A stretch of DNA of 64,000 nt from an uncultured Gemmatimonadaceae bacterium. GTDB taxonomy: Bacteria; Gemmatimonadota; Gemmatimonadetes; Longimicrobiales; RSA9. The notes below the pieces were generated by a model. That model was not told the origin of the DNA and searched no databases. It saw nothing but the letters and a program-made list of their open reading frames with translations. Position numbers and translations under genes: made by a program. Below, one piece after another: positions 9,725 through 21,400 of the stretch. The stretch's first letter is position 1. The number at the start of each line of letters is the position of its first letter. The stretch covers positions 4,561-68,560 of the forward strand of contig CAZUFP010000010.1 of the NCBI GenBank assembly GCA_964619835.1. Direction: 5' to 3'.

Positions 9725-12004
9725 ATGCGCAACCGGAATGCGGCGGCGCTGGAATACCATGCCATGGGCCGGCCGGGCAAGATCGCCGTCGTGCCCACCA
9801 AGCCGGTCAGCACGGCGTGGGACCTTTCGCTTGCCTACACGCCGGGCGTGGCGGAGCCCTGCAGGCTGATCGCGGCCAATCCCGAGGACGCATTCAAGTA
9901 CACCGCACGAGGCAATCTGGTGGCGGTGGTTTCCAACGGCACGGCGGTGCTGGGACTGGGCAACCTCGGTGCCCTCGCGGGCAAGCCCGTGATGGAGGGG
10001 AAGGGTGTGCTGTTCAAGCGGTTCGCGGACATCGACGTGTTCGACATCGAGGTGGACACGGAGGATCCGGAGCAGATCATCAAGTTCTGCGAGCTGCTGG
10101 CGCCCACGGTGGGCGGCATCAACCTGGAGGACATCAAGGCGCCGGAATGCTTCCGCATCGAGGAAGAGTTGAAGAAGAAGCTGGACATCCCGGTCTTCCA
10201 CGATGACCAGCACGGCACGGCCATCATCTCCGGCGCGGCCCTGCTGAACGCTCTGGACGTGAGCGGCAAGAAGATCGACGAGGTGAAGGTGGTGTTCAGC
10301 GGCGCGGGCGCGTCGGCCATCGCGTCGGCGGAGCATTACGTGAACCTGGGCGTGCGCCGCGAGAACATCCTGATGTGCGACAGCAAGGGCGCCATCACGA
10401 AGGCGCGCGCGGCGGAGCTGAACCCGTACAAGGCGCGCTTCGCGGCGGACACGGACGCCGTCACGCTGGCGGACGCCATGAAGGGCGCCGACATCTTCGT
10501 GGGCCTGTCGGTGAAGGGCATCGTGTCGCAGGACATGGTGCGGTCCATGGCGGACCACCCGCTCATCTTCGCGCTGGCCAACCCGGATCCGGAGATCACG
10601 CCGGAAGAGGTGGCCGAGGTGCGGGATGACGTCATCATGGCGACGGGCCGCAGCGATTACCCGAACCAGGTGAACAACGTCCTGGGCTTCCCGTTCATCT
10701 TCCGTGGCGCGCTGGACGTGCGCGCGACCGCCATCAACGACGAGATGAAGCTGGCGGCCACCAAGGCGCTGGCGGATCTGGCCCGGGAGGACGTGCCGGA
10801 GGCCGTCGCGCGGGCGTATGGCGAGCAGACGTTCCGGTTCGGCCCCGAGTACCTGATTCCGAAGCCGTTCGACCACCGGGTGCTGCTGTGGGTGGCGCCG
10901 GCGGTGGCGAAGGCGGCGATGGACACGGGCGTGGCCCGGGTGGAGATCGACCTGGAAGAGTACCGCAACCGGCTGGAGGCCCGGCTGGGCCGGCGCCGCG
11001 AGGTGATGCGCGACATCATGCTGCGGGCCCGGCGGCACCCGTGCCGGATCGTGTACCCCGACGGCGAGCACGACACGATCATCCGCGCCGCCTCCGCGGT
11101 GGTGTCCGAGGGTCTGGCGCAGCCGATCCTGCTGGGGCGCAAGGAACGCATCGAGGCGCGCGCCCAGGATCTGCACGTGGACCTGGAAGGCGTGGAGATC
11201 GTGACGCCGGCATGCAAGCCGGATCACCCGTATGTAGAGCAGTTCTACGCGCTGCGGCAGCGCAAGGGGATCACGAAGGCGGAGGCTCGGGCGCGCATCA
11301 ACAAGGCCATCTACTACGGGTCCATGATGGTGCGGCAGGGCGACGCCGACGGGCTGGTGGCCGGCGTGGACTCCCACTACCCGGAGACGATCCGTCCGGC
11401 GCTGGAGGTGGTAGGCACGGCACAGGGCGTGCGCCACGTGGCCGGCCTCTACATGATGATCCTGGAGAACGACCTGCTGTTCTTCGCCGACACCACGGTC
11501 AACATCGATCCGGACGCGGAAGCCCTGGCGGAGATCGCCGTGCTCAGCGCCGGGTTCGTGGAACGCCTGGCCCTGGAGCCGCGGCTGGCCATGCTGTCCT
11601 TCTCCAACTTCGGCTCCACGCGGCACCCGTACGCCGAGAAGGTGATAGACGCGGTGGAACGGGTACGCGAGATGCGGCCGGACCTCATGGTCGACGGCGA
11701 GATGCAGGCGGACACGGCCGTCGTGGCAGAGATCCTGCAGGGCAGCTACCCGTTCAGCACGCTCAAGGAACCGGCCAACGTGCTGATCTTCCCTGACCTG
11801 GGGGCGGCGAACATCGCGTACAAGCTGATGGCACGCATCGGCGGCGCGGAAGCCGTGGGCCCGATCCTGCTGGGCATGGGTCGGCCGATCCACGTGTTGC
11901 AGCGCGGCTCCGCGGCGCAGGACGTGGTGAACCTGACGGCCATCGCCGTGGAGGACGTCAAGCAGCGGGCGCGTCAGGAGGCGCCGGAACCCGTCACCGT
12001 GTAA
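9725..12004 (+). CDS. maeB: NADP-dependent malic enzyme with phosphotransacetylase-like domain
   Basis: [52 protein letters not shown] and C-terminal DGEMQAD PTA domain. Confidence 0.95.
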   Translation: MRNRNAAALEYHAMGRPGKIAVVPTKPVSTAWDLSLAYTPGVAEPCRLIAANPEDAFKYTARGNLVAVVSNGTAVLGLGNLGALAGKPVMEGKGVLFKRFADIDVFDIEVDTEDPEQIIKFCELLAPTVGGINLEDIKAPECFRIEEELKKKLDIPVFHDDQHGTAIISGAALLNALDVSGKKIDEVKVVFSGAGASAIASAEHYVNLGVRRENILMCDSKGAITKARAAELNPYKARFAADTDAVTLADAMKGADIFVGLSVKGIVSQDMVRSMADHPLIFALANPDPEITPEEVAEVRDDVIMATGRSDYPNQVNNVLGFPFIFRGALDVRATAINDEMKLAATKALADLAREDVPEAVARAYGEQTFRFGPEYLIPKPFDHRVLLWVAPAVAKAAMDTGVARVEIDLEEYRNRLEARLGRRREVMRDIMLRARRHPCRIVYPDGEHDTIIRAASAVVSEGLAQPILLGRKERIEARAQDLHVDLEGVEIVTPACKPDHPYVEQFYALRQRKGITKAEARARINKAIYYGSMMVRQGDADGLVAGVDSHYPETIRPALEVVGTAQGVRHVAGLYMMILENDLLFFADTTVNIDPDAEALAEIAVLSAGFVERLALEPRLAMLSFSNFGSTRHPYAEKVIDAVERVREMRPDLMVDGEMQADTAVVAEILQGSYPFSTLKEPANVLIFPDLGAANIAYKLMARIGGAEAVGPILLGMGRPIHVLQRGSAAQDVVNLTAIAVEDVKQRARQEAPEPVTV

Positions 12005-12016
12005 GAGAGGGTAGAC

Positions 12017-13606
<1,590 letters not shown>

Positions 13607-13790
13607 CCGCCCCGCCCATCCGCCACCCCGACGGGGAGAGCCCGCCCGGCCCTTCCACCACCCGACAGGGTGACCCCGTCCGCCCCGGTCCGGCCCCACC
13701 GGGGGGAGGGAAAGGATCGGCGTGCATGGGTGGGCCGCGTGGCGTACCTTGAAACCGGCCGTCCGCCACCCGCACCCGGCACCCGAACCC

Positions 13791-15122
13791 ATGCGCACCA
13801 CCATCCGCGATCCCATCTGGAACACCATCGTCCTGGACGACACGGCGGTCCGCATCGTCGATTCGCCCGCGTTCCAGCGGCTGCGCTACATCAAGCAGCT
13901 GGGGCTGGCACACCTGGTGTACCCGGGCGCGACGCACACGCGCTTCGACCACGCGTTGGGCGTGTACGCACTGGCCGCGCGGGCGATCCGGGCGCTCGAT
14001 GAGCGGGGCGAGCTGGCGGGCCTGGATCCCGTGGAATCGCGGCTGGTGCCCCTGGCGGCCCTGCTGCACGACATCGGCCACTACCCGTTCTCGCACGCCC
14101 TGGAGGAGCTGGAAGACCGGCGCATTCCCGTGCACCACGAGTCGTTGGCCGGACGGTTCCTGGGCGATGGCGAAGTGCGTGCGGCGCTGGAGAGCGTGAC
14201 GCCGGACGGGTTGGCGCGCATCGACGCCCTGATCCGGGGTGTGTCGTCGAACCCTCTCCAGGGCCTGGTGAGCGGCAGCCTGGACCTGGACAAGATCGAG
14301 TACCTGAAGCGGGACGCGCGCTTCTGCGGGGTGCCGTATGGCGAGGTGGACGTGGATCGGCTGCTGTACTCGCTCACCCTGCTGGAGGACCCGGCCACGG
14401 GGCGCCTGGAGGTTGGCGTGCGGCAGAAGGGCGTCGCCGCGCTGGAGTCGCTGCTGTTCGCCAAGTACCAGATGTACCGGAACGTTTACTGGCACCACGC
14501 GGTGCGCGCGGCCACGGTCCTCTACACCCGCGCCGTGGGCGACGCCCTGGACGCGGGGCTGATCCGGCCGGACGAGTTGGTGGGCAAGACGGACGAGGCG
14601 CTCCTCTACCTGCTGGAAACGCGGGCGGAGGCGGGCGCCGACGCGGGAGCGAGCGTGGCGGCCCGCCGCGTGGCGGCGTTCGTGGAAGCGATCCACGCGC
14701 GGCGCCTGCCCAAGCGGGCGGCGGAAGTGGTGGCGGTGGAGCTCGAGCGGGAAGCCGTGGGCGATTGGGTGGTGCAGGACTCGCCGCTCAAGCGGAGGGT
14801 CGAGGACCGGTTGGCCCGCGAGCTGGGGCTCGATCCGGGCCTGGTGTTTCTCGACTATCCGGCGAAGCCCGCCATGTTCCAGCTGGACCTGCTGGTGGAG
14901 CTGGGGGGGGGCGAGCGCGTGCGGCTGGGGCCGGCCGGGCGCTCCGGGCTCATCGGCCTTCCGGGCATCGCGGACGAGCTGTATCACACCGCGCGGGTGC
15001 TCCGGTTGTTCACGATGGGCGAACGGCGAGCGGTGGACGGCGCCGCGTTGAAGGTCCTGGTCCGGCGCCCGGCCGACAACGTGACGGCGGCGCTGGCGGG
15101 CGGTGGGGCCCTGCTGGTTTGA
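13791..15122 (+). CDS. HD-domain phosphohydrolase (SAMHD1/EF1143-like putative dNTPase)
   Basis: Start at MRTTIRDPIW. QRLRYIKQLG, YPGATHTRFDHALG, LHDIGH, DLDKIEYL and MYRNVYWH. Confidence 0.85.
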   Translation: MRTTIRDPIWNTIVLDDTAVRIVDSPAFQRLRYIKQLGLAHLVYPGATHTRFDHALGVYALAARAIRALDERGELAGLDPVESRLVPLAALLHDIGHYPFSHALEELEDRRIPVHHESLAGRFLGDGEVRAALESVTPDGLARIDALIRGVSSNPLQGLVSGSLDLDKIEYLKRDARFCGVPYGEVDVDRLLYSLTLLEDPATGRLEVGVRQKGVAALESLLFAKYQMYRNVYWHHAVRAATVLYTRAVGDALDAGLIRPDELVGKTDEALLYLLETRAEAGADAGASVAARRVAAFVEAIHARRLPKRAAEVVAVELEREAVGDWVVQDSPLKRRVEDRLARELGLDPGLVFLDYPAKPAMFQLDLLVELGGGERVRLGPAGRSGLIGLPGIADELYHTARVLRLFTMGERRAVDGAALKVLVRRPADNVTAALAGGGALLV

Positions 15123-15235
15123 TCACACGCAGGCCACGAAGAACGGCTCGCCGGTACAAAGCGACGAACGCGGGATCATTGTTGCGAGGTTGAACCGAAT
15201 GGGAGCGCTCGCCGGTGGCCCTTCCGAGCGGGCGC

Positions 15236-15964
15236 TCAGGGGACGTGGGCGACCAGCACGACGGTGATGTTGTCGGGTCCGCCGGCGTCGAGGGCGGCGC
15301 GGATGAGGGCGGCGGCGCGGGCGTCGAGGGAGTCGGGGCGGCTGAGGACGAGGCGCAGGGTGGTGTCGTCCAGAACGGCGGTCAGGCCGTCACTGCAGAG
15401 GAGGAAGACGTCACCCGGGCGGGTATCGCCGTCGATGACGTCCACAAGAACGTCCTGCTCGGTGCCGAGGACGCGGGTGAGAACGCTGGCGAAAGGGTGA
15501 CGGCGGGCGCCTTCTTCCGTCAGGACCCCTTTCCGCACCTGCTCGTGGACCCAGGTGTGATCGACGGTGATCTGGCGCAAATCGTCGTCGCGTAGTAAAT
15601 AGGCCCGCGAATCTCCAACGTGAGCGATGCGGTAGCGGACGTCGTCGGGCGTGATGAGCACACTGGCGGTGGTGCCCATGCCTTGCCTGGCGGGGTCCTG
15701 GTGGGCGTCGGCGAGGATGGCGGCGTTGGCCGCGCGCACGGCATCGGCGGCGACGTCGAACGGGCTCTGGCCGCTGGCGGCAGACCGTTCGGTTTCCTGT
15801 TCGATGGTGGCGACGGCGATGGCGCTGGCCACTTCGCCCGCGGCGTGGCCGCCCATGCCGTCGGCGACGGCGTAGACGCCCAGATCCGGGCGGACGAGCA
15901 GGGAGTCCTCGTTCTGGGGTCGAACGCGGCCCGTGTCGGTGCGGTGCGCGGCTTGCCACGGCAT
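15236..15964 (-). CDS. PP2C-family Ser/Thr protein phosphatase (Stp1/PrpC-like)
   Basis: NEDS, VADGMGGHAAGEVAS, MGTT, HVGDSRAY, LCSDGL and GGPDNIT. Confidence 0.9.
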   Translation of the reverse strand: MPWQAAHRTDTGRVRPQNEDSLLVRPDLGVYAVADGMGGHAAGEVASAIAVATIEQETERSAASGQSPFDVAADAVRAANAAILADAHQDPARQGMGTTASVLITPDDVRYRIAHVGDSRAYLLRDDDLRQITVDHTWVHEQVRKGVLTEEGARRHPFASVLTRVLGTEQDVLVDVIDGDTRPGDVFLLCSDGLTAVLDDTTLRLVLSRPDSLDARAAALIRAALDAGGPDNITVVLVAHVP

Positions 15965-16219
15965 CGGAGAAGGCTAAGCGACGGACCGGTCTGGTGGCAA
16001 GCGGGGGATCTGAAAGCGGCGCTTACGGGTTCCTTATGTGAGGCCGATAGACAGATGGAACCCGTTCGGGGTCCGGGGTGTTATGGGGCGGGCGAGAACC
16101 CGGGGCGTGTGCGGGGGTAGACGTTTGGGAGTCCAGGCGTTCAGGCAGAAACCTTGCATCTCAAACGGGGTGCGGGCTCAGCCCGATTGAGTTCACAGGA
16201 TCGGAGCACGACGGCATAG

Positions 16220-17134
16220 ATGGCAAGCACCGAAACGAAGATGCGGCGGCGGAAGCGCCGGCCCCAGACCACGACCACGACGACGGCCCAGTTCCGGTCG
16301 TCGTGGGGGGACCAGGGTGCGCTCGACCAGTACCTGCGGGAGGTGAGTCAGCATGAGCTGATCACGCCGGAGCAGGAGATCGAGTTGGGCCATCGTGCGC
16401 TCCGGGGCGACGAGGACGCGGTGCAGGCGCTGGTGCGCGCGAACCTGCGGTTCGTGATCAGCGTGGCAAAGAAGTACCAGAACCGCGGCGTGTCGCTCAT
16501 CGACCTGATCCAGGAAGGGAACGTGGGTCTGGTGACGGCCGCGCGGAAGTTCGACCCGGACCAGGGCGTGAAGTTCATCTCGTACGCCGTATGGTGGATC
16601 CGGCAGGCGATCCTGTCGTCGCTGGCGAACCAGGGCCGTGCGGTGCGCGTGCCGTTGAACCGGGCGAGCGACCTGGCGCGGATATTCCGCGAGCGGGAGC
16701 GGCTGAAGCAGGAGCTGGGCCGGGACCCGAGCACGGAGGAGATCGCGGAGGCGGCGAAGCTGACGCCGGAGGTCACGCGGCACCTCCAGACGTTGAACGC
16801 ATCGGAGATCCGGCTGGACGCGCCCATCGGGGACACGGATGACAGCCAGCTGGTGGAGCGTTTCGTGGTGGAGGAAGCCTCGGAGCCGGAGGAGGGCGTC
16901 GAGGAGCGACTGCTGGCGGAGCAGATCAACGACGCGCTGGAGGCGCTGAACCCCCGGGACGCCCGGGTGGTGCGGCTCTACTACGGCCTGGACGGCGGCA
17001 AGGAGCACACGCTGGAGGAGATCGGCAACATGCTGGGCGTGACCCGTGAGCGGGTGCGCCAGCTCCGGGACCGGGCCCTCAAGCGGCTGCGGGAAGGGGA
17101 CATGGGACCGGCGCTGGAGAGCTTCGCCGCCTGA
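16220..17134 (+). CDS. RNA polymerase sigma-70 factor, RpoD/RpoS family, lacking region 1.1
   Basis: ANLRFVISVAKKY, DLIQEGNVGL, FISYAVWWIRQAI and TLEEIGNMLGVTRERVRQ. Confidence 0.93.
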   Translation: MASTETKMRRRKRRPQTTTTTTAQFRSSWGDQGALDQYLREVSQHELITPEQEIELGHRALRGDEDAVQALVRANLRFVISVAKKYQNRGVSLIDLIQEGNVGLVTAARKFDPDQGVKFISYAVWWIRQAILSSLANQGRAVRVPLNRASDLARIFRERERLKQELGRDPSTEEIAEAAKLTPEVTRHLQTLNASEIRLDAPIGDTDDSQLVERFVVEEASEPEEGVEERLLAEQINDALEALNPRDARVVRLYYGLDGGKEHTLEEIGNMLGVTRERVRQLRDRALKRLREGDMGPALESFAA

Positions 17135-17136
17135 CC

Positions 17137-18093
17137 ATGGCGCCGCGCACCGCGGAGCGCGAACCAACACCCGGCCACGAACGTGGCCGGGTGTTGCGCG
17201 TCCATGGGGGGGTGTACGAGGTGGAAACGGCGCCCGGCCGTATGGTGGAAGCCTCACTGCGGGGCCGGCTCAAGCTGGAGCAGCGGACGGGCGACCGGGT
17301 GGTGGCGGGGGATGAAGTGCTGGTGCGGCGTCACGGGGACGGCTCCGTCACCATCGAAACCGTGGAACCTCGGCGGAGCGAGCTGGCGCGGCGAGCGCCC
17401 GGCGGCGGGCGGCGGGGCCGCCGCCAGAAGGCCCGGATCATCGTGGCGAACGTGGACCAGGTCATCGTCGTTTTCGCCGCGGCCGAGCCCCAGCCTCACC
17501 TGCGCATGCTCGACCGGTTCCTCGTCCTCGCCGAGGCCAACGCCCTGCACGCCGTCGTGCTGGTCAACAAGCTGGACCTGGCCGATGAAACCGCCACGCG
17601 GGCGTTGTTTCGACGCTACGAAGAGGCCGGCTACCCGGTGCTGCTGACCACCGCCGCGACGGGCCGGGGCGTGGATGCACTGGCTGCGCGCCTGCGCCAC
17701 GCGACGAGCGTGCTCACGGGCCCGTCCGGTGTGGGCAAGTCCAGCCTGCTGAACGCCATCGAACCCGGATTGAACCTGCGCACGGCCGGGATCAGCGATG
17801 CCGTCGGCAAAGGCCGTCACACCACCGTGACCGCTCAGTTGATCCGCCTGCCCCACGGCGGCTACGTGGCCGACACGCCCGGCCTGCGCGAGCTGGGCCT
17901 CTGGGGCCTCTCGCCCGACGAGCTGCGGTCCTGCTTCCCCGAATTCCGCGAACCCGCTGCACGCTGCCGGTTCGGCAACGCCTGCACCCACTCCCACGAA
18001 CCCGACTGCGCCGTGCGCGAGGCGGTGGAGCAGGGGGTGGTCCACTCCGAGCGGTACTCCAGCTACCTCACCATGCTGGAGTCCGAAGCCTGA
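17137..18093 (+). CDS. rsgA: Ribosome small subunit-dependent GTPase A
   Basis: OB fold, ANVDQ, NKLD, GPSGVGKSSLLN, GRHTTV, DTPG and zinc finger CRFGNACTHSHEPDC. Confidence 0.93.
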   Translation: MAPRTAEREPTPGHERGRVLRVHGGVYEVETAPGRMVEASLRGRLKLEQRTGDRVVAGDEVLVRRHGDGSVTIETVEPRRSELARRAPGGGRRGRRQKARIIVANVDQVIVVFAAAEPQPHLRMLDRFLVLAEANALHAVVLVNKLDLADETATRALFRRYEEAGYPVLLTTAATGRGVDALAARLRHATSVLTGPSGVGKSSLLNAIEPGLNLRTAGISDAVGKGRHTTVTAQLIRLPHGGYVADTPGLRELGLWGLSPDELRSCFPEFREPAARCRFGNACTHSHEPDCAVREAVEQGVVHSERYSSYLTMLESEA

Positions 18094-18125
18094 TCGACGA
18101 TGGGCGATCGATGATCGGCGATCGT
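18091..18125. repeat. Heptamer tandem repeat (consensus YGATCGN, 5 copies)
   Basis: tgatcga cgatggg cgatcga tgatcgg cgatcgt; the first copy includes the rsgA stop. Confidence 0.7.
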
Positions 18126-18228
18126 TCATGTGACGCCGCCCCACCCTTTCCCGTCTACCCCGCAGAAGCAACCGCCAGGGGCAACGCAGCTCCCAGGCGG
18201 GCGTCACACGAAACGGAGGAACGGAAAC

Positions 18229-19161
18229 ATGTTCGGTCGCACTGCGGGCTTCGCTGTGCTCGCCCTGGCCCTTCTCCCCCTGGCGGCGTGCGACTCGGGT
18301 ACGGGTGCCAACATGGGCTCGTTGCAGATTCTTCTGACGGATGCGCCGGGCGACTTCATGCAGGCGGTGGTTACCATTGACCGCATCTACCTGCAACCGG
18401 ACTCGTCCGAGCCGAACACGGGCAGTGGCCTGGACCGGCAGGACCTCATGACGACGCCGACGACGCAGGACCTGCTGTCGCTGGCGAACGCGACGGCGAC
18501 GCTGGTGGACGGCGCGGCGGTGCCGGAAGGCGCTTACAGCCAGTTGCGGTTCGTCGTGAGTGACGCGTGTATCGAAGTGGACAACGGCGGCGGCACATCG
18601 TCGATCTATGCCACCCGCACCGACTACACCGAGTGCGGCACGCCCGATGGCATTCTCCAGACGCCCAGCTACGATCAGACGGGCATCAAGGTCCAGCTGC
18701 CGGACGGCGGGCTGGTGGTGACCGGCTCCCAGAAGATCCTGCTGGTGGACTTCGACGTGTCGCAGTCGTTCGGCCACGAGGCCGGCACGGGCACGTGGAT
18801 CATGCAGCCGGTGATCCACAGCTCGGACGTTGCGCTCACGGGAGAGGTGGACGTGAACCTGAGCCTGGGCGACGGCGTGGAGCTGCCGTCCCTGAACGGC
18901 TCGGTGGTGACGTTGGGCGACTTCCAGGCGACACTGAGCGGCGAGGCCGTACCCGTCGCCTTCACGGACCCCGACGGGAACGGCGTTTTCACCGCGAAGT
19001 TCCTCTACCTGGATCCGACCGCCGGTCCCTTCGACGTGGGGATCGAAGGCCCCGACGGCCTGACCTTCACGCTCGACCCGGCCGTGCCGCAGTCGGTGTC
19101 GCTGAGCAGCGGCGGCACGTCGACCGTGGACTTCACGTTGACCGGCGCCACAGTGCAGTAG
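18229..19161 (+). CDS. DUF4382 domain lipoprotein
   Basis: GGAGG RBS, lipobox LAAC, LQILLTDAPG, YSQLRFVV, LQTPS and LLVDFDVSQSF. Confidence 0.75.
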   Translation: MFGRTAGFAVLALALLPLAACDSGTGANMGSLQILLTDAPGDFMQAVVTIDRIYLQPDSSEPNTGSGLDRQDLMTTPTTQDLLSLANATATLVDGAAVPEGAYSQLRFVVSDACIEVDNGGGTSSIYATRTDYTECGTPDGILQTPSYDQTGIKVQLPDGGLVVTGSQKILLVDFDVSQSFGHEAGTGTWIMQPVIHSSDVALTGEVDVNLSLGDGVELPSLNGSVVTLGDFQATLSGEAVPVAFTDPDGNGVFTAKFLYLDPTAGPFDVGIEGPDGLTFTLDPAVPQSVSLSSGGTSTVDFTLTGATVQ

Positions 19162-19185
19162 CCGGCGGAGCGGCGCTCGTGGCCG

Positions 19186-19314
19186 CGACCGCCGACCGTT
19201 GACCGACGACCGTCGCACCCTCGAGCGGTGCGGCGGTCGCCGGCGTTTCGGGCATCGGCCGTGGCGGTCGCCGGCGTTTCGGGCATCGGCCGTGGCGGTC
19301 GCCGGTCGTCGGTC
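19186..19314. repeat. Composite repeat: heptamer array, 31-bp tandem (2.4 copies) and 11-bp inverted repeat
   Basis: YGACCGN x4 at 19186-19213. Unit ggcggtcgccggcgtttcgggcatcggccgt starts at 19232, 19263 and (partial) 19294. gaccgacgacc 19201-19211 is inverted at 19304-19314. Confidence 0.8.
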
Positions 19315-19333
19315 GCGACGGCCCGCCGTCGCT

Positions 19334-21400
19334 TCAGAACCGCACCCGCAGCCCCAGCTCCGCCGTCCGGCCCCGGGCGGGGAAGCCGGCGATCTCCTGG
19401 TAGCGGGCATCCAGCAGGTTGTGGACGCGCAGGACGGCGGTGGCGTGCTGGCCCAGGGCGTCGAACGCGTAGTCTCCGGACAGCTCGACGGTGGTGACGG
19501 GCGCCAGCGTGATGCGGGGCGACGGGTACGTGGGTGCCGCGAAGTCGACGTCGTCGCGGGCGCCGGTGTGGCGCAGGCCGAGGCGGACAGTGAATTCGGG
19601 CGCGGCGGCCCAGCGGACCCGGGCGTCGGCGGTGACGGGTGCACGCCGCAGCAGAGGCATGCCCTGGACGAAGGTGGAGTCGGTGGCGAGGCCCTGGTCG
19701 GTGACACGGGTGCGGAGCAGAGTGACCTGGCCTTCCACGCCGACCGCGCGGCCGAGGTCCGCGTGGCCGCTCAGCTCCACGCCGCGCGCGTTGGCGCCGC
19801 CGACGTTGTAGTAGTTGGGCGCACCGGGCGTGGGCGTGGTGAACGTATACTGGACCAGGTCCGTGAAGTGCTGGTCGAAATACGTTGCGGAGATGCTCAG
19901 GCGGCCGGCCAGCAAGGTCTGTCGCAGGCCGCCTTCCCACGTGTGGGTGTGCTCGGGGCCCAGACCCGGGTTGCCGACATCGCCATAACCGCTGCCGTAG
20001 CTCTCGGCGAAGCTGGGCTCCCGGAACGCGGTCCCGAACGCGGCGCGCAGGCGGGTCGAAGCCGTGAGGGCGTAGCTGGCCCCCAGGCGGTACGTGCCGA
20101 ATACGCCGAAGGCGTCGTTGTCCTCCCGGCGCACGCCGAGCTGCGCGTCCAGATGGGGGGCCGGCTTGGCCACGAGCTGGGCGTACAGGGCGCGGGTGGT
20201 GCGCTGCTCATCGACGGCGCCAGTGATGGGGCCGTACTGCGAGACGTACCGGCTGTTGCCGCTCACGGCGTCCCGCTCCAGCATGGCGCCGAAGGTGAGC
20301 ACGTCACCGGCGTGCGACAGGAACAGGTTCAGGCGCCCGTCGACACTGCGCCGGCTCTGGCGTTGGTGGCCGTCGCCCGCGTACGTGCCCAGCGTGTCGG
20401 CGGCGTTGTCCTGCCGGTCCTGGAAGGTACGACGTATCTCGTTGTCGGTGGCAAGGATGCGAGCCTGGGCCCGGCCGCCGAAGTCGTGGCCGGCGTCGAC
20501 GGAGAGGGCGAACATGCGCCCGTCCTGGACGGCGTTGGTGTCCACGATGTTGCCCGCGCCGTCGGTGGGGTAGTGGTACACGGCGTCGTGGTACCGCACG
20601 TTCGCGGCGATGTCGGAACGGCCCCGGGCCAGGGCCAGCCGGGCGGACACCGCGCGGTTCAGGTAGCCGTTGTTCAGGGGCAGCAGGCCGTCGCTCCGGT
20701 ACCGGGAGATGCCGAAGGAGTAGCCGAGTGCCGCATCGCCGCCGGACAGGCCCGCTTCGAGGTCCAGCGTCGGGTAACTCCCGGCCGCGTCCCGGCGCGC
20801 GCCCAGGCCGGGCAGCGCGGACGCCGTCGCTTCCGGGCGGCCGTGGCCCCGGCGGGTGAAGATCTGGATGACGCCGCTCACCGCGTCCGAGCCGTACAGG
20901 ACGCTGGCGGGTCCCCGCACCACCTCGATGCGCTCGACGTTGGTGAGGTCGAGGTCGGCCAGGTCGATGGCGCCGCCCGGGTCGTTCAGGGGCACGCCGT
21001 CCACCAGCACCTTCACGTAGTCGCTCTCGCCGCCTCGCAGGAACAGCGACGTCTGGGCGCCGTCGGGCCCGGCGCTGGCGATCTCGACGCCTGGCACGTC
21101 CCGCAGCGCTTCCGCCACGGAGCGCACGCCGCGGGCACGCAGGCTGTCGCCCATGAGCACCGTGACGGGCACCGGCAGCGCATCGAGGCGGAGGGGCAGG
21201 CGGGTGGCGGTGACGACGATCTCCGGCAGCTCGAACGTGTCGGGTGGCGTTCCCGCGGTGTCGGGCGTCTGCGCGGCGGCGATCGCGGGCAGAAACGTGG
21301 CGGCCAGCACGACGGCGGCCGCCGAGGCCGCGCGTCGCGCCGCGGGCGTCCGGCGCGAGCGTCGGCGGGCCGGTGTGCCGGCGACGTTCTTCCTTCTCAT
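19334..21400 (-). CDS. TonB-dependent receptor, BtuB-like (cobalamin)
   Basis: EIVVTATR, LFLRGG, VLVDGVPLND, ERIEVVRGPASVLYGSDAVSGVIQIFT and HNLLDARY; lies in the B12 riboswitch operon. Confidence 0.88.
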   Translation of the reverse strand: MRRKNVAGTPARRRSRRTPAARRAASAAAVVLAATFLPAIAAAQTPDTAGTPPDTFELPEIVVTATRLPLRLDALPVPVTVLMGDSLRARGVRSVAEALRDVPGVEIASAGPDGAQTSLFLRGGESDYVKVLVDGVPLNDPGGAIDLADLDLTNVERIEVVRGPASVLYGSDAVSGVIQIFTRRGHGRPEATASALPGLGARRDAAGSYPTLDLEAGLSGGDAALGYSFGISRYRSDGLLPLNNGYLNRAVSARLALARGRSDIAANVRYHDAVYHYPTDGAGNIVDTNAVQDGRMFALSVDAGHDFGGRAQARILATDNEIRRTFQDRQDNAADTLGTYAGDGHQRQSRRSVDGRLNLFLSHAGDVLTFGAMLERDAVSGNSRYVSQYGPITGAVDEQRTTRALYAQLVAKPAPHLDAQLGVRREDNDAFGVFGTYRLGASYALTASTRLRAAFGTAFREPSFAESYGSGYGDVGNPGLGPEHTHTWEGGLRQTLLAGRLSISATYFDQHFTDLVQYTFTTPTPGAPNYYNVGGANARGVELSGHADLGRAVGVEGQVTLLRTRVTDQGLATDSTFVQGMPLLRRAPVTADARVRWAAAPEFTVRLGLRHTGARDDVDFAAPTYPSPRITLAPVTTVELSGDYAFDALGQHATAVLRVHNLLDARYQEIAGFPARGRTAELGLRVRF

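Noticed and set aside
19232-19305. Possible mini-CRISPR array
   Set aside because: The repeats are contiguous with no unique spacers, and there are no cas genes.
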